Below the pieces are notes generated by a model. That model was not told the origin of the DNA. It made no database searches and was given only the letters and a program-made list of their open reading frames with translations. Position numbers and translations under genes: made by a program. A stretch of DNA of 63,303 nucleotides, counting the filler, from Octopus bimaculoides (taxonomy: Eukaryota), in NCBI RefSeq assembly GCF_001194135.2. It is 7 parts of 7 records of this genome, joined end to end, with 100 filler letters (N's around TTAATTAATTAA, not from the genome) between each part and the next. Parts side by side here need not be neighbours in the genome. Positions count along the whole stretch, not along the records: positions 42,240 to 54,847 come from NC_068983.1; positions 54,948 to 60,089 come from NC_068987.1; positions 60,190 to 63,303 come from NW_026300058.1; 4 more parts are not named here. One strand, written 5' to 3'. Shown here one piece after another: positions 47,851-60,899 of the stretch (position 1 is the stretch's first letter; every line of letters begins with the position of its first letter).

Positions 47851-50309
47851 TATATATATATATATATATATACATACACACACACACAGAAGTAAATAGA
47901 TAAGTATAGATATAGGTATACATACACATACACGTACATGCATATAAATATAAATATATATATATATGAATATATACACACATACAAACACATGCATGCA
48001 TCTATGTGCATAGTATATGTGCTTATGCATATGCAAACATTAAGATATGACTCAATTAGCCAATCTGATTGGATTAATGAAGGCCAATACTCAAGAAAGA
48101 AAAGAAGAAAAAAACTGTTTTTGTTGTGTTCATTTTGATACATGAGAGTATTTTGCATTGCTTCTATAGACAATCAATCAAGAACATAAGTTATCACCCT
48201 TGTGATGACCTAACCATGTTTTCTCTCTGTATTTTAGGTCTGTTTGGGCAGACAGCATGTCTGCACAGAATTCATTTTCTTCATGAGAACTGTTCTAAAA
48301 TACAAACTATGATTGGTTAAAGAGGCTATTGAACATTTGTCTTATATGACATAGTTCGAATGGTTCTAGCAGTTATCATTCACTATTCACTTAAATATGC
48401 TCATTGGGATCTTTATCACATATTTACCATACATGCATATATTTATGGTGGGACTGTGAAGGGTGAGGGCTGGAAACGTGTCTGGTTTGTCTGGTGAATG
48501 TGTGTGTGTGCATAAGCTTCTTTTGTGCATATGTAGTCATGTATTTATAACAATACATGTGCTATGAGTTAGAAGAAACATTGCAGAAAAATGACATGAT
48601 TTTTTAAATCTAATCTCACTACAGTGTTGTAAATAGTGTGCAGAAAGATAATCAAATTGTAGTAGAGCTATATTTTGGAAATAATCTAGTTTAATACCAG
48701 GTTTGAAGACAACAATTCTTAAGTTCAAATCCAATTCAAATTATTTTTATCTCTGGAGGTATTTGCCTTTGGGAAAATACATCTTTGAGTTACTAGCTCA
48801 AATATCTTGTTAAGCATAACTATATACTGTGTTATAACTGAATAAAGTTTCTTTGAGTTTTCTATAGAAGTATATATATATATAGCTTTATTCATCTTTG
48901 TTGTTTATGTCCATACCACTCTGAAATATGTCTCTTAGCAGTTCATTTTCATTTAACTTATGCAAATTACTCAAGGCTGTAAATTTTTTTTCTTTTTCTA
49001 TATGTCTACTTGATCTGTCATTCTAATAGTCTTTATCCAATGGTTTTAATAAAATCTTCTGTTGATTGTGACACCAGTTGTTTCTATTACTATCAGTCCA
49101 AAGATATATGTGTCTATCAGTGACATGTACTTGTATCACTTGGTTTGCCTCAGGTGTTGTGTTGTGTGCCTGTACAGCCACAGCAGATACTGTACCACCA
49201 TTAGCAGTTGACACAATTTCTCCAGGTGCAGATCCATGGTCTCTCAAGACCGATGGATCCCTACTAATGTGTTGTATATACATAAAGACAATACTCTCAA
49301 ATGGTCTAGTTTATCTTTCAAATTTGGAACAGCTTACTTCTCTTGGAAATACCAGCTGTGATATGTTGACTAGTGTTTTATTACTATTACTAGCTGGCCC
49401 CGTGCCATCAAAAATGATAGCTAATTGTAGTATTTTATATATAGATATAGATGGTAAATCAAACTAGTACACTCAAAATGTTATTTAGAGATTGTGTTTT
49501 GAGATGTAACATCGATCGTCGTTCACTAGGGAAAGAACGCTGGTTCATACATACAAGTATTCACATGCTTCCTTTGTACATGCACACACATACATATACT
49601 CACACAGAGTTGGAACGCTGTTTGATTTTTCTTTTCAGCGTTGAATGTTCACCATCCCACTTCCATTGCATACACACACAAATACTTACACAGAGTCATA
49701 ACACTCCCACTACTAGTTTGCCATCACCTCTTCTTTCTTGATTTATCTATCACCCCTTCCTTTCTCATTCAAATGTTGTGATGGAGAAATACACAAGAGT
49801 ATTATTGTAGTAGATTGTTGTTGTCAACAGTATTTATTCTGAGTTCAAACCTGTCAACACGAATTTTGTTTTTCACCTTATCATCCCAGTTTTGATACAT
49901 ATAGCATCAATCAAGTTTGGGTGTCTATAACATCAACCATTCCTCCCTACCACAGATTTCTGGTCATGTGCCTATGTCAGAAATTTTTATTTGACATTGG
50001 TAGTTATTTTGAATCATTATAACTTCAAACAAAAGTCTGGTTGCATTTCTGAGTTCAAATCCTGCCAAGGCCAACTTTATTTTTTATCTTTGTAGGGTTG
50101 TTAAAACATGTCAAATAGTAGGGTCAGTTTAACTGACTAAACCTTTCACAAATTTCTGGCCCTGTGTTATTGTTAAAATTAATAATAAAGCAGTCACATC
50201 CAAGATGTGTTTCACAATGTCATACCTAGAATCTCTGTCCTCCCCCCACCCATTAGCTTTGGTTGTGCCTTAGTTTCCTCATATGTGTCTCTGTTAATAA
50301 TATTCTTTA

Positions 50310-50575
50310 ACTACTAAGGTAAGGTAAATTTACCTTTACATGTCATGCCAACTCAAAAGAGTCAGTTTCCCGGTTTCATGGCATGTGTATTCCACACCTG
50401 GATGGGATGCTAGTCCATTGCAAGATAACTCATTTTTACCAGCTGAGTGGACTGGAGCAACATGAAAGAAAGTGTTTTGCTCAAGAACACAATGTGTTGT
50501 TGCCCAGTCCAGGAATGAAAACCACAATCTTACAAACATGAGCCCAACACCCTAACCACCAAGCCATGTGCCTTC
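50310..50575 (-). mobile_element. SINE family C
   Basis: gagtggactggagcaac..gtgttttgctcaagaacacaat..ctaaccaccaagccatgtgccttc. Confidence 0.8.
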
Positions 50576-51660
50576 ACTTTCTCAACAACTCACCTCCACT
50601 ACATCTATAGTACCCCAACAACACATCTACTGCTCTTAATACACCACATCTCATATATATTCCCAGTCATTACATATCGTTCTATGTTATCTCAAATGTT
50701 TAACCCCAGATCAACAGTTCCAACTATGACAATTCAATTTTATTTGTCTCAGGCATAGTTTATGTAGGACGACATTGTCTAACATCTCCTTGTCTGTCTT
50801 TTTTGTTCTTTTCTTTTTCTTTATTTGAATTGGTAGGGATGGAATTTGAGGAAATTTGTCTGTTATTTCTAGCAGGCTGGGACACTCATGTTGAGCTACC
50901 CTTACTGATTCAGCTCCTTACATGACATTCGCCTAACCCATCTTTTCTATGACTCGCTGCTGTTTTTATGATGACACTAGGCCTCAGTGGAAGGAAACGG
51001 TACATCAGTGACATTTTTCAGACAGCTTCTAATGATACAAGTTACAACTTCAAGATGATTCCACACAGCTAACATCAGTTGTCACCTGTTGGAATATCTC
51101 CTTCATCTCTGACTATTTCATTTTTTTTTTTTAAAACTTTTATGAAATACTTTCATGTAAAATTCCAGTTCCCAAATTGCAAAGGCATACCTTTCAAAGT
51201 TAAAGACAGCTCAGCTCTGCTTTTCAATTTTGATGTCCTTCTCAATTCTTTTGGTGATATTGCAAAGCATAAATTTCTGATGATGTGCTGAATTTCCCCC
51301 CATTTTTTATATCATTTCCTGTCATCAATTTATTTCCTATAAATTATTATTTAANNNNNNNNNNNNNNNNNNNNNNNNNNNNNNNNNNNNNNNNNNNNNN
51401 NNNNNNNNNNNNNNNNNNNNNNNNNNNNNNNNNNNNNNNNNNNNNNNNNNNNNNNNNNNNNNNNNNNNNNNNNNNNNNNNNNNNNNNNNNNNNNNNNNNN
51501 NNNNNNNNNNNNNNNNNNNNNNNNNNNNNNNNNNNNNNNNNNNNNNNNNNNNNNNNNNNNNNNNNNNNNNNNNNNNNNNNNNNNNNNNNNNNNNNNNNNN
51601 NNNNNNNNNNNNNNNNNNNNNNNNNNNNNNNNNNNNNNNNNNNNNNNNNNNNNNNNNNNN

Positions 51661-51699
<39 letters not shown>

Positions 51700-52281
51700 A
51701 ACACACATACACACACAAACATAGACGCACATATTTATATATCACATACATATAATTTTTTTATGTATAGCAATATAAAAAAACATTCAAACATTAAAGT
51801 GAAGAATCTCTCAATACCTTTCAGTAGAATATCATCATAACCGCCACCACCTCAGTCATCATCACACCACCACCACCACCATCATCGTTGTTGTCATCAT
51901 TGTCATTGTTGTCATCATCATCATTTTAATGCCTATTTTTCCATGTTTGCATGGTGCCAATGAAATTCATTGGGGCAGATTTTCTATGGGCTGGAAACCC
52001 TTCCTTTATTATTAACTCTCAGCTGTTACCAGTTAGACAACATTTCCCTTTGCTACTGCAAAAGGGCTGCGTTTTATGGTAGATTGTGAATGAACAATAC
52101 CACTTCTATGATGGTAGCATTTGTTTACAACTAGTATGTGATCTCAAGGCAAGGAGACACAAACACACTAACATCGGTTGTCAAGTGATGGTAGGGGGAG
52201 GCAAACACAGATACATACGTACACACATACATACACATACGCACACACACATATATATATGTATGTATGTATGTATATATA

Positions 52282-52313
<32 letters not shown>

Positions 52314-52316
<3 letters not shown>

Positions 52317-52567
52317 TGGGTTGGTGCATAATTATTGTGGCTTTCTTGCAACAAATTTTATTCAACAAAAACAATAACAACATGTAACAAAAACATCTTT
52401 AAATGATTATTCTGGAGCATATTCACCATCTACTTCAATTACTGCTTCCCATTTGCTTGTCAGACGGACAGACCATCATTTAAAGATGTTTTTGTTAAAT
52501 ATTGTTATTGTTTTTGTTGAATAAAATTTGTTGAAAAAAGCCGCAATAATTATGTGCCAACCCAACA
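52314..52567. mobile_element. Mariner-derived foldback MITE with inverted arms of about 90 bp
   Basis: ttgggttggtgcataattattgtggcttt..aaatgat mirrors atcattt..aaagccgcaataattatgtgccaacccaa; the spacer encodes RLTSKWEAVIEVDGEYAPE* on the minus strand. Confidence 0.85.
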
Positions 52568-52589
52568 TATATATATGTGTGTAGGTTTA

Positions 52590-52760
52590 TGTAGGATGGG
52601 CTTCTTTCAGTTTCTGTCTACCAACTCCACTCACAAGGCTTTGGTCAGCCTGAGGCTGTAGTACAAGACATTTGCTGAAGGTGCCATGCAGTGGGACTGA
52701 ACCCAGAACCTTGTGGTAGGGAAGCAAGCTTCTTACCACACATCCACTCCTGTGCCTATT
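52590..52760 (-). mobile_element. SINE family B head, CpG-decayed
   Basis: gggcttctttcagtttctgtcta..aaggtgccatgcagtgggactgaaccc..cactcctgtgcc. Confidence 0.85.
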
Positions 52761-52914
52761 TATTGTTCTTAAGCAAGAATGTTGTTGATAGTGATTTCAA
52801 AGTTTTAACCATATAAGCCATCAAAACTTCAAAATCACTGCTTGTATGTACATTTTTACTTAAATATTGTAACTTTTTACAAACATAGTCTTGCTTATCA
52901 CTTTTAGCCTCGTG

Positions 52915-52963
<49 letters not shown>

Positions 52964-53259
52964 TGCAGAATAAAACCTTAGGTCATCGACTCAAAAATCC
53001 ACAGCCCACCAATGACCACATATACGAAGTACAGCATAAACCACAAAACCAAAAAGCAAAGGGAAGTCAAAATTTTTATACATAGGAATAAAGTTGATTA
53101 AAAATATAATAGAATAACATAAATAAATAAACTGCGATTAAAAAGTTGATTAAAAATATTATATTTTAACCAACACGCACCAGTTTATAATAACACTCTG
53201 GAAGCAAGCGGCTTCAAAACTAGAATTTCATATATACATAACACAAGATTTAAAAATAA

Positions 53260-54420
53260 GATGGCAGGTTCACCACCCGACCATATTGCGTTTGATCAGT
53301 GTGGTGGTAAGACATTTTTTAGTAGTAACCGTAGTAAGCAATCTTTTAGAAACGGGACTGGAAACAATGAAAATATAAATAAAAATAGGAACAAATACAA
53401 AAATATAAATAAAAATAGGGACACTTTAAATAAGCCTACGATACCGGAAAATCCTACCCAGAATAAGAGAAGTAATCTGATTCGCCCCCCCCTTTTCCCT
53501 CAGGGTAAGAAACTTACCAAAAATGTTCTTTAGGATCTTAGAAAATAATTTTCCTTGGGACCACAAATACTACAGTATTTGTAACAGGTCTACAATTAAG
53601 TGCTCCTACTCTGGAATGCCAAATTTAGCATCCATTATTGCCTCTTTAAATAGGAATAAAATAAATAAGTTAAAGCTATGCGAATGTCCATCTCAGGGAA
53701 ACACCTGTTTCTAATAAAACCAACTGTAAACTACACGACGATAGTGGAACGGGCTCTTCATTCCCTCGGATTATGCCTAAATCTGGGAATGAGATAAGTG
53801 GAATGGCTGATAAGAATAAATTTGTAAGGACGGTTAATGTTGTTGGAAATGACTTTAAGGGTGGCCGTAAAAAATTATGTAATTGTAGGGACCCTTCTTT
53901 ATGTCCTCTCTGCGGACTTTGTTTGTCCACAAACGTAGTGTATAAATGCGTAGTTAGAGACGAGAACAAACAAAATAAGTTTTATATTGGAAGTTCAGTG
54001 AATTTTAAAGCCAGGTATAGGGCGCACATGAGTTCTTTTTCTAATGAGAAATATTATAATTCCACAACACTCGCCTCTTACCTGCATGACCTCAAGAGGA
54101 GAAATAAGAAGTACTATCTTGAATGGTCAATCTTATCTAGAACCCCCACCAATTTAAGGCTAATATTAGCAAGTGCTTATTATGCATTAGGAAATCCCTT
54201 TCCATTCTTAGGTCTTTTGGGCCGAAAACCTTGAATAAGTTTATCGAGGTAATCCATTTTTGCAATCATAAATTTTCCTCCACCTTCCTAAAACTATATA
54301 AAAATAGAAATAAGAACAAAAATAATAGTATTAGTAGTGGTAATAATGGTAGTAATGGTGATAATAATAGTAATGATAGAAATAAAAATAAAAAGACAAA
54401 AATATTGATATAAAAATAAT
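53260..54420 (+). mobile_element. Penelope-like element, 5'-truncated, with GIY-YIG endonuclease region
   Basis: FFRILENNFPWDHKYYSICNRSTIKCSYSGMPN, then CNCRDPSLCPLCGLCLSTNVVYKC..KFYIGSS..FKARYRAH..NSTTLASYLHDLK..YYLEWSIL; frameshifts; RT absent. Confidence 0.85.
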
Positions 54421-54847
54421 AATATAAATATGGATACAATGGTAGTATTTATTTTTTATCATGCCTTACGTTGAATTTGAAACCTAATAATTTTATTTAG
54501 TTACCAAACCTGCTTGACTATTCTAAAGGGTATACTAAAATTTTTTTTTTTTTTTGGTCTAGTCCATATTTTTTATTTAAGCTTGCTCTCATAATTATAA
54601 TTTCTTTTGACTGCTGCCCTGACGTCTTTTTGCTTGTGTGCGTGGATTGGAGGTTTGTTGCATTGCTAGTGGAACATTTTTGAATTTTTCTGTGTCATTG
54701 TGTTAACTTATCTGTGAACTTTTGAAAAAAAGATAATTTGTTGCAGTTGGTGAAACCGGAAACGGTTTCCCCGTGTAGGGAAGCCTACATGATGACGGGG
54801 AGAAGAAGTAATATATATGTTCCTGAAGTGGAAGAGGTGAGTGACGA

Positions 54848-54947
54848 NNNNNNNNNNNNNNNNNNNNNNNNNNNNNNNNNNNNNNNNNNNNTTAATTAAT
54901 TAANNNNNNNNNNNNNNNNNNNNNNNNNNNNNNNNNNNNNNNNNNNN
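54848..54947. other. Artificial contig-join spacer
   Basis: 44 N + TTAATTAATTAA (54892-54903) + 44 N. Confidence 0.95.
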
Positions 54948-55014
<67 letters not shown>

Positions 55015-55454
55015 TTATCTATCCATCTATCTATCTCTCTCTATATATATCGTATTAATTGCTAGTAGGAGATGGATTTCGTATTAGACTTTTATTAGGT
55101 ACAACATATGTTTCGACCCATCCATCTTGGTGTCTTCAAATACATTGATAAAGAAGTGTCACTAGAGATTTTTTGTGTCGAGCATGAATATAAGCAAAAA
55201 AATATTGTAGAAATACAAAAAAATTCAAATAGGAACGTGGAAAATATTCATTCCAGTTTGGATAAAATGACGTAATCAGCTTTCGCTGTTGTAACTGCTT
55301 AGAAGAAAAAGAAAATAGAACATGAAAAGAAGAGTAATACTTAGAGAAATATTATCGTGTTCGTACATATACATACACGCATACATTTACATACACGCAT
55401 ACATTTACATACACTTATATATACAAAAGCGTAAGAGTGGGTGTGTGGTATATA

Positions 55455-55950
55455 GCAAATCGACCCCAGGACTTATTTTTTGTAAACCTAGTACTTATTC
55501 TATCGGTCTCTTAAGCCGAACCACTGGTTTACGGGTACGTAAACACACCAGCATCCGTTGTCAAGTGATGTTGGGGGTACAACACACACACACACACACA
55601 CAAACATACACACACAAAAATACACACACACACACACACACACACACANNNNNNNNNNNNNNNNNNNNNNNNNNNNNNNNNNNNNNNNNNNNNNNNNNNN
55701 NNNNNNNNNNNNNNTTTTTGTGTGTGTATGTTTGTGTGTGTGTGTGTGTGTGTTGTACCCCCAACATCACTTGACAACGGATGCTGGTGTGTTTACGTAC
55801 CCGTAAACCAGTGGTTCGGCTTAAGAGACCGATAGAATAAGTACTAGGTTTACAAAAAATAAGTCCTGGGGTCGATTTGCTCGACTAAAGGCGGTGCTCC
55901 AGCATGCCCGCAGTGAAATGACTAAAACAAGTAAAAGAATAAAAGAATAA
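55455..55950. mobile_element. SINE family B tail present as an inverted pair across a gap
   Basis: 55455-55620 is the reverse complement of about 55714-55880. Confidence 0.8.
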
Positions 55951-56837
55951 ACATCCATCCATCCATCCATCCATCCATATACACACACATATATATACAC
56001 ACAGACATATATATATACATACACATATATATATACACACACACATATATATATACACACACATACACATACATACATATGTATACATATAGATACATAT
56101 ACGTACGCACATTTACATATATGAAAATACATATATACAAAGCTCATATATTTACGTACACGTGTGCATATAGACATACATATACATACACTGACATATA
56201 TGAATATGCATATAGATACGTACGTAGACCCATATACTCACGTACACGCAAAAACAGACACAACTACAGATGACAACCGGTAGCCTAAAATGAGCCGGTG
56301 CTCTACTCCACATTTAAACACATGAACACGGAACCATGTATACCGAAGTAAAAGTTTCCAACTGTTGAAATGAATTGTACGAAAATTAATCATATTCCCT
56401 TTATTACAGACAACACAATATATGCAGAACTATTGGTATGAAAGTAATATATATGTTGAAGTTAAACTTCGCCACTGTACACGCTATATTATACATCAAC
56501 TTACTACTATTCAGATTTCTCTCGCAACAAACTACGCTGTCGGTACATTGATACATACGTATACCGTAGTAGAGATACAGCTTTATATTGAACGTAGAGG
56601 ATAATGACTTTACAGGCAATAAAATATATACAATGTACTACAGGTCCATACATATTTACACTCCAGCAGAGCTCTGATAGTCGTGTTATCAGAATGTACC
56701 AAGTTTCTTACGAGTCAGCTTCCTGCTGCTAATGTTAGCCTTCACTATATTTAACGACCCTTTTGAGATCCCGAGAAATTCTCTATATCCTAACTACTAG
56801 TTTTAGGTTTTAGCATATAATAATTCCAAGTAATTAT

Positions 56838-56890
<53 letters not shown>

Positions 56891-57135
56891 NNNNNNNNNN
56901 NNNNNNNNNNNNNNNNNNNNNNNNNNNNNNNNNNNNNNNNNNNNNNNNNNNNNNNNNNNNNNNNNNNNNNNNNNNNNNNNNNNNNNNNNNNNNNNNNNNN
57001 NNNNNNNNNNNNNNNNNNNNNNNNNNNNNNNNNNNNNNNNNNNNNNNNNNNNNNNNNNNNNNNNNNNNNNNNNNNNNNNNNNNNNNNNNNNNNNNNNNNN
57101 NNNNNNNNNNNNNNNNNNNNNTATATATATATATA

Positions 57136-57895
57136 TGTACGAGATGTAGTCAAAAAGTATCCGACCTTTGACCAAGAAACGAATAATATTAAAAAAACTC
57201 ATCAGTTTGATTTAGTCTCCTTCAAAGGAAGTCTACACACTTCTGCCAGCATTCCTGCCAATGCTGGAAACATTTCTGGAAATTACTTTTTGGGATGCTG
57301 TAGAGCTGTGCCACCAAATTATACTTAATGTCTTCTGTTGATTCAAATCTTCGCCCCTTGTATATTTTTTGAGCTTTTGGAAATAGCTATGAATCACACG
57401 AAGCCAAGTCTGGGTAGTAGAAAACCTGACGAAATAAGTGGTGTGTTTTGCTTGGCGAGTAATGCTTGGACGACGCGGGCGGAATGAACTGACTGAACTG
57501 ACCCATGGCTGATTCCACCCCTAGTAACCATCTCCTCAATAGTCACACGACGGTCCCCATAGACTATTGGTCGAACCTTTGTAACCATTTCCTCGTTTCT
57601 GCTAGTTAATGGTCTGCCACAACGTGGCTCACTGTCCACTGAGTTGCGGCAATCTTTGAACCGGTTGTATCATTCCTCTATTATTGCTTTTCTCATAGCA
57701 TCATCTCTAAAGGCCTTCTGAATCTTCTCAATAGTCTGAACTTGCGTATCACCAAGGTTTCGGCAGAATTTGATGCAGTATTTTTGCTTAATGCACTCGG
57801 TCATCTTGACTCAAAAAGAAAAATCCCACAGAACACTCTTCACGTCTGCACTCAATGCGTAAATGCGGGCAAATTGCGCGACCTCGTCTCTTTAT
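57136..57895 (-). mobile_element. Mariner element with the catalytic core deleted
   Basis: MTECIKQKYCIKFCRNLG..RFKDCRNSVDSEPRCGRPLTS..DRRVTIEE.. joins directly to degenerate C-terminal sequence; TIR tacgagatgtagtcaaaaagtatccgac at 57136. Confidence 0.85.
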
Positions 57896-58088
57896 ATGTA
57901 GGTTATATATATATTTCGTACTATCTTCTATAAATTCCTATTATTTTGTTTTCTTATTTTGACATGCTTACTTATTCACTTCATATCCCTTTTAAATTAT
58001 CATTTCTCTTGTTCTTAAATTGGTATTTTTCAGTTACTTAGATCTATCCAAGATACTTATACTATATTCATATAAGCGTATAAATATT

Positions 58089-58130
<42 letters not shown>

Positions 58131-59544
58131 TATATGCACATATGTGTGTGTATGCATGTATATATTAAAAAAAAACCCTCTTTGTATATGTATCTGTATG
58201 CACTATTTTATACTTTACACATATTTATATCAGCACATTTTTTTACGAGTATTTATATTTTTATAACTTTTGTATAAATATGTCTATGTATTACCATTAT
58301 CTCAATATCCCGCTTCTTATTCATGGCTTAAAATTAATAGATAGTATGTATGTCTTTCCAGATATTCCATTTGTGCCTTGAGCAGTCTTTATAGAACCAC
58401 CTAATAATTAATTAATTAAGTACAAGAATGGCTATTAAACTGATTCTACATAATCTTTCTTTTTAATGATAATAATTGATGCATCCACACCTCTTAGCTA
58501 TTTTGGTTATGATATCGTTTTGGAATTCTTAAATTTTATTTTATACAACATAACAATATTGTTTATAAACGTTCCCCCATCGTGCCCCTAATAAATTTTC
58601 CCTGTATTAGCACCTTAAGTTTCTTAGTGTCTTGCCCTTTTAACTGGTAATTAACATCATGATTTAAAGTCTACCCCTACCCTGCCTCTTTGTTATAGAC
58701 AGTTACTGCTATAAAATTGACTCTTCCTAATGTCTTATTTCCTTTCTCTTGGGGAAAAGGGATACCTATGATAATATTTATGACCATACCTAGCCATGAG
58801 CTGTCAATTCACTCTTGTTCTTTATTCAAAATAGTCTTCTAGTCTAAGATTTAATAGATGATAAAGAGGTAAACAAATTAGAAATGAATTACAACCCTTA
58901 CAACTTTATGACCCCACTATGCTCCATGCGATTCTAGAAAATTGTAGTCTATTCTTAGCCACTCTGCTACAATAGCGACAACATGAATTTCTTCCATCTT
59001 CTTACTCTGTTAAAATACTTACGAAAAAAAGAAAAAATTATATTAATGTCCTACTTGTTAAAAAATTCTATATTTTGTGCAGCTGAAGATAGCACTGCAT
59101 TTAAATTGATTTAATGATTATTGTTCAATTAAACGGAGTCGCTTGAAACGGACGTACTGCATTACTACTTGATATCCTGTTGCTTATTTTGATTATNNNN
59201 NNNNNNNNNNNNNNNNNNNNNNNNNNNNNNNNNNNNNNNNNNNNNNNNNNNNNNNNNNNNNNNNNNNNNNNNNNNNNNNNNNNNNNNNNNNNNNNNNNNN
59301 NNNNNNNNNNNNNNNNNNNNNNNNNNNNNNNNNNNNNNNNNNNNNNNNNNNNNNNNNNNNNNNNNNNNNNNNNNNNNNNNNNNNNNNNNNNNNNNNNNNN
59401 NNNNNNNNNNNNNNNNNNNNNNNNNNNNNNNNNNNNNNNNNNNNNNNNNNNNNNNNNNNNNNNNNNNNNNNNNNNNNNNNNATATATATATATATATATA
59501 TATATATAAGACAGTTTATTTTTAAACTGCGTTTTATAATTGAC

Positions 59545-59680
59545 AAAAAGGCCACGAGGTCAGCTTTGCCTTTCATCCTTTTGGGGTCGATGAAATAACC
59601 ATCAATTGAGCATGGGACCAATCTAATCTACTACCCCCTACTCCAAAATCTCAGGCCTTGTGCCTATAACAGAAAGAATT
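59545..59680 (+). mobile_element. SINE family A 3' part
   Basis: gaggtcagctttgcctttcatccttttggggtcgat..ggccttgtgcctataacagaaag. Confidence 0.75.
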
Positions 59681-59916
59681 ATAGTTAGATAGGGAAAATC
59701 AGTTGAGCGTCATACACAATACTTTACACTATTGACTTCACCTCTTTACGTTCTAAATTCAAATTCTATCATATTTCAAGATTATGATGCTATGATGCTA
59801 GGTCTTTCCATTATTTTGTCCAACCACTGTATACATACATACATACATACATACATACGTACGTACACACATACATACATACATACATACATACATACAT
59901 ACATACATACATACAT

Positions 59917-60030
59917 GCCCTGTTGATGTTGAAATTCCGATGAACGAGCCTTGGATCTAGGTTAGAAAGCAGCTCTTTCTCTGCTGGCAAGAAATCTTTA
60001 AATAAAACTGAATAATGACATATTCATATA
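59917..60030 (-). mobile_element. Short (gtat)n-tailed repeat, uninterrupted copy
   Basis: Homologous to 16291-16557 without the insertion. Confidence 0.65.
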
Positions 60031-60050
60031 GGCGTATAAATATTTGTGCG

Positions 60051-60081
<31 letters not shown>

Positions 60082-60089
60082 ATATATAT

Positions 60090-60189
60090 NNNNNNNNNNN
60101 NNNNNNNNNNNNNNNNNNNNNNNNNNNNNNNNNTTAATTAATTAANNNNNNNNNNNNNNNNNNNNNNNNNNNNNNNNNNNNNNNNNNNN
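60090..60189. other. Artificial contig-join spacer
   Basis: 44 N + TTAATTAATTAA (60134-60145) + 44 N. Confidence 0.95.
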
Positions 60190-60899
60190 AATGTAAGAAA
60201 AACAACATTTTGATTGCTTGACTATATATGTATGTATTATGTACATAGATATATATATATATGTATAGAAACACATGTAATGTACATATATTAATATACA
60301 TATATCTACAGTGTGCATATATACATTTGTGTGTATACATATGTGAGTATGTCTGTATATGTATGTGTGTGCACACAATTGTATGTACGCATGCATAAAT
60401 ATACATACAAAATGTATGTATATGTGTGCGTGTATATATATGTATACACATGAATGTATGTTTATTGTGCATATACATGTATTTAATTGTATGTGTCTGT
60501 TTATTTGTTCATGTATCTGTGTGTTTGTTTATATATGTACATACATATATATAGATATACACATATATGTGTGTGTCTGTGTGTGTGTATTTATACATGT
60601 GTGTGTATGTGTATATATATAAATACATGTATATATACATATGTACACACAATGAACAAGCACAAAAAAAATAACTGGCAACAAAAAATCAATTAAATAA
60701 AAAACATTAAAAAAATTGGTAATAATAATGATATTAATAATGTTAATAAAATGGAAAAGAAATTCCCCAAACATTGGTTGTAGTAAATTTTACTCAAGCA
60801 TTTTGTATGTGTAATTTAATGAAACAAATCTAATCTAGCATCGTGTGAGAGAGGGAGGCTAGTATATATTATATAAAAAACACTTTAAGNNNNNNNNNN

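Noticed and set aside
51150-51345. Possible minus-strand exon ending AAG|gtatgc
   Set aside because: The frame from the nearest acceptor hits a stop, and no consistent acceptor/frame pair was found.
58400-58850. Possible L1 endonuclease remnant on the minus strand
   Set aside because: Resemblance too weak to support without an alignment.
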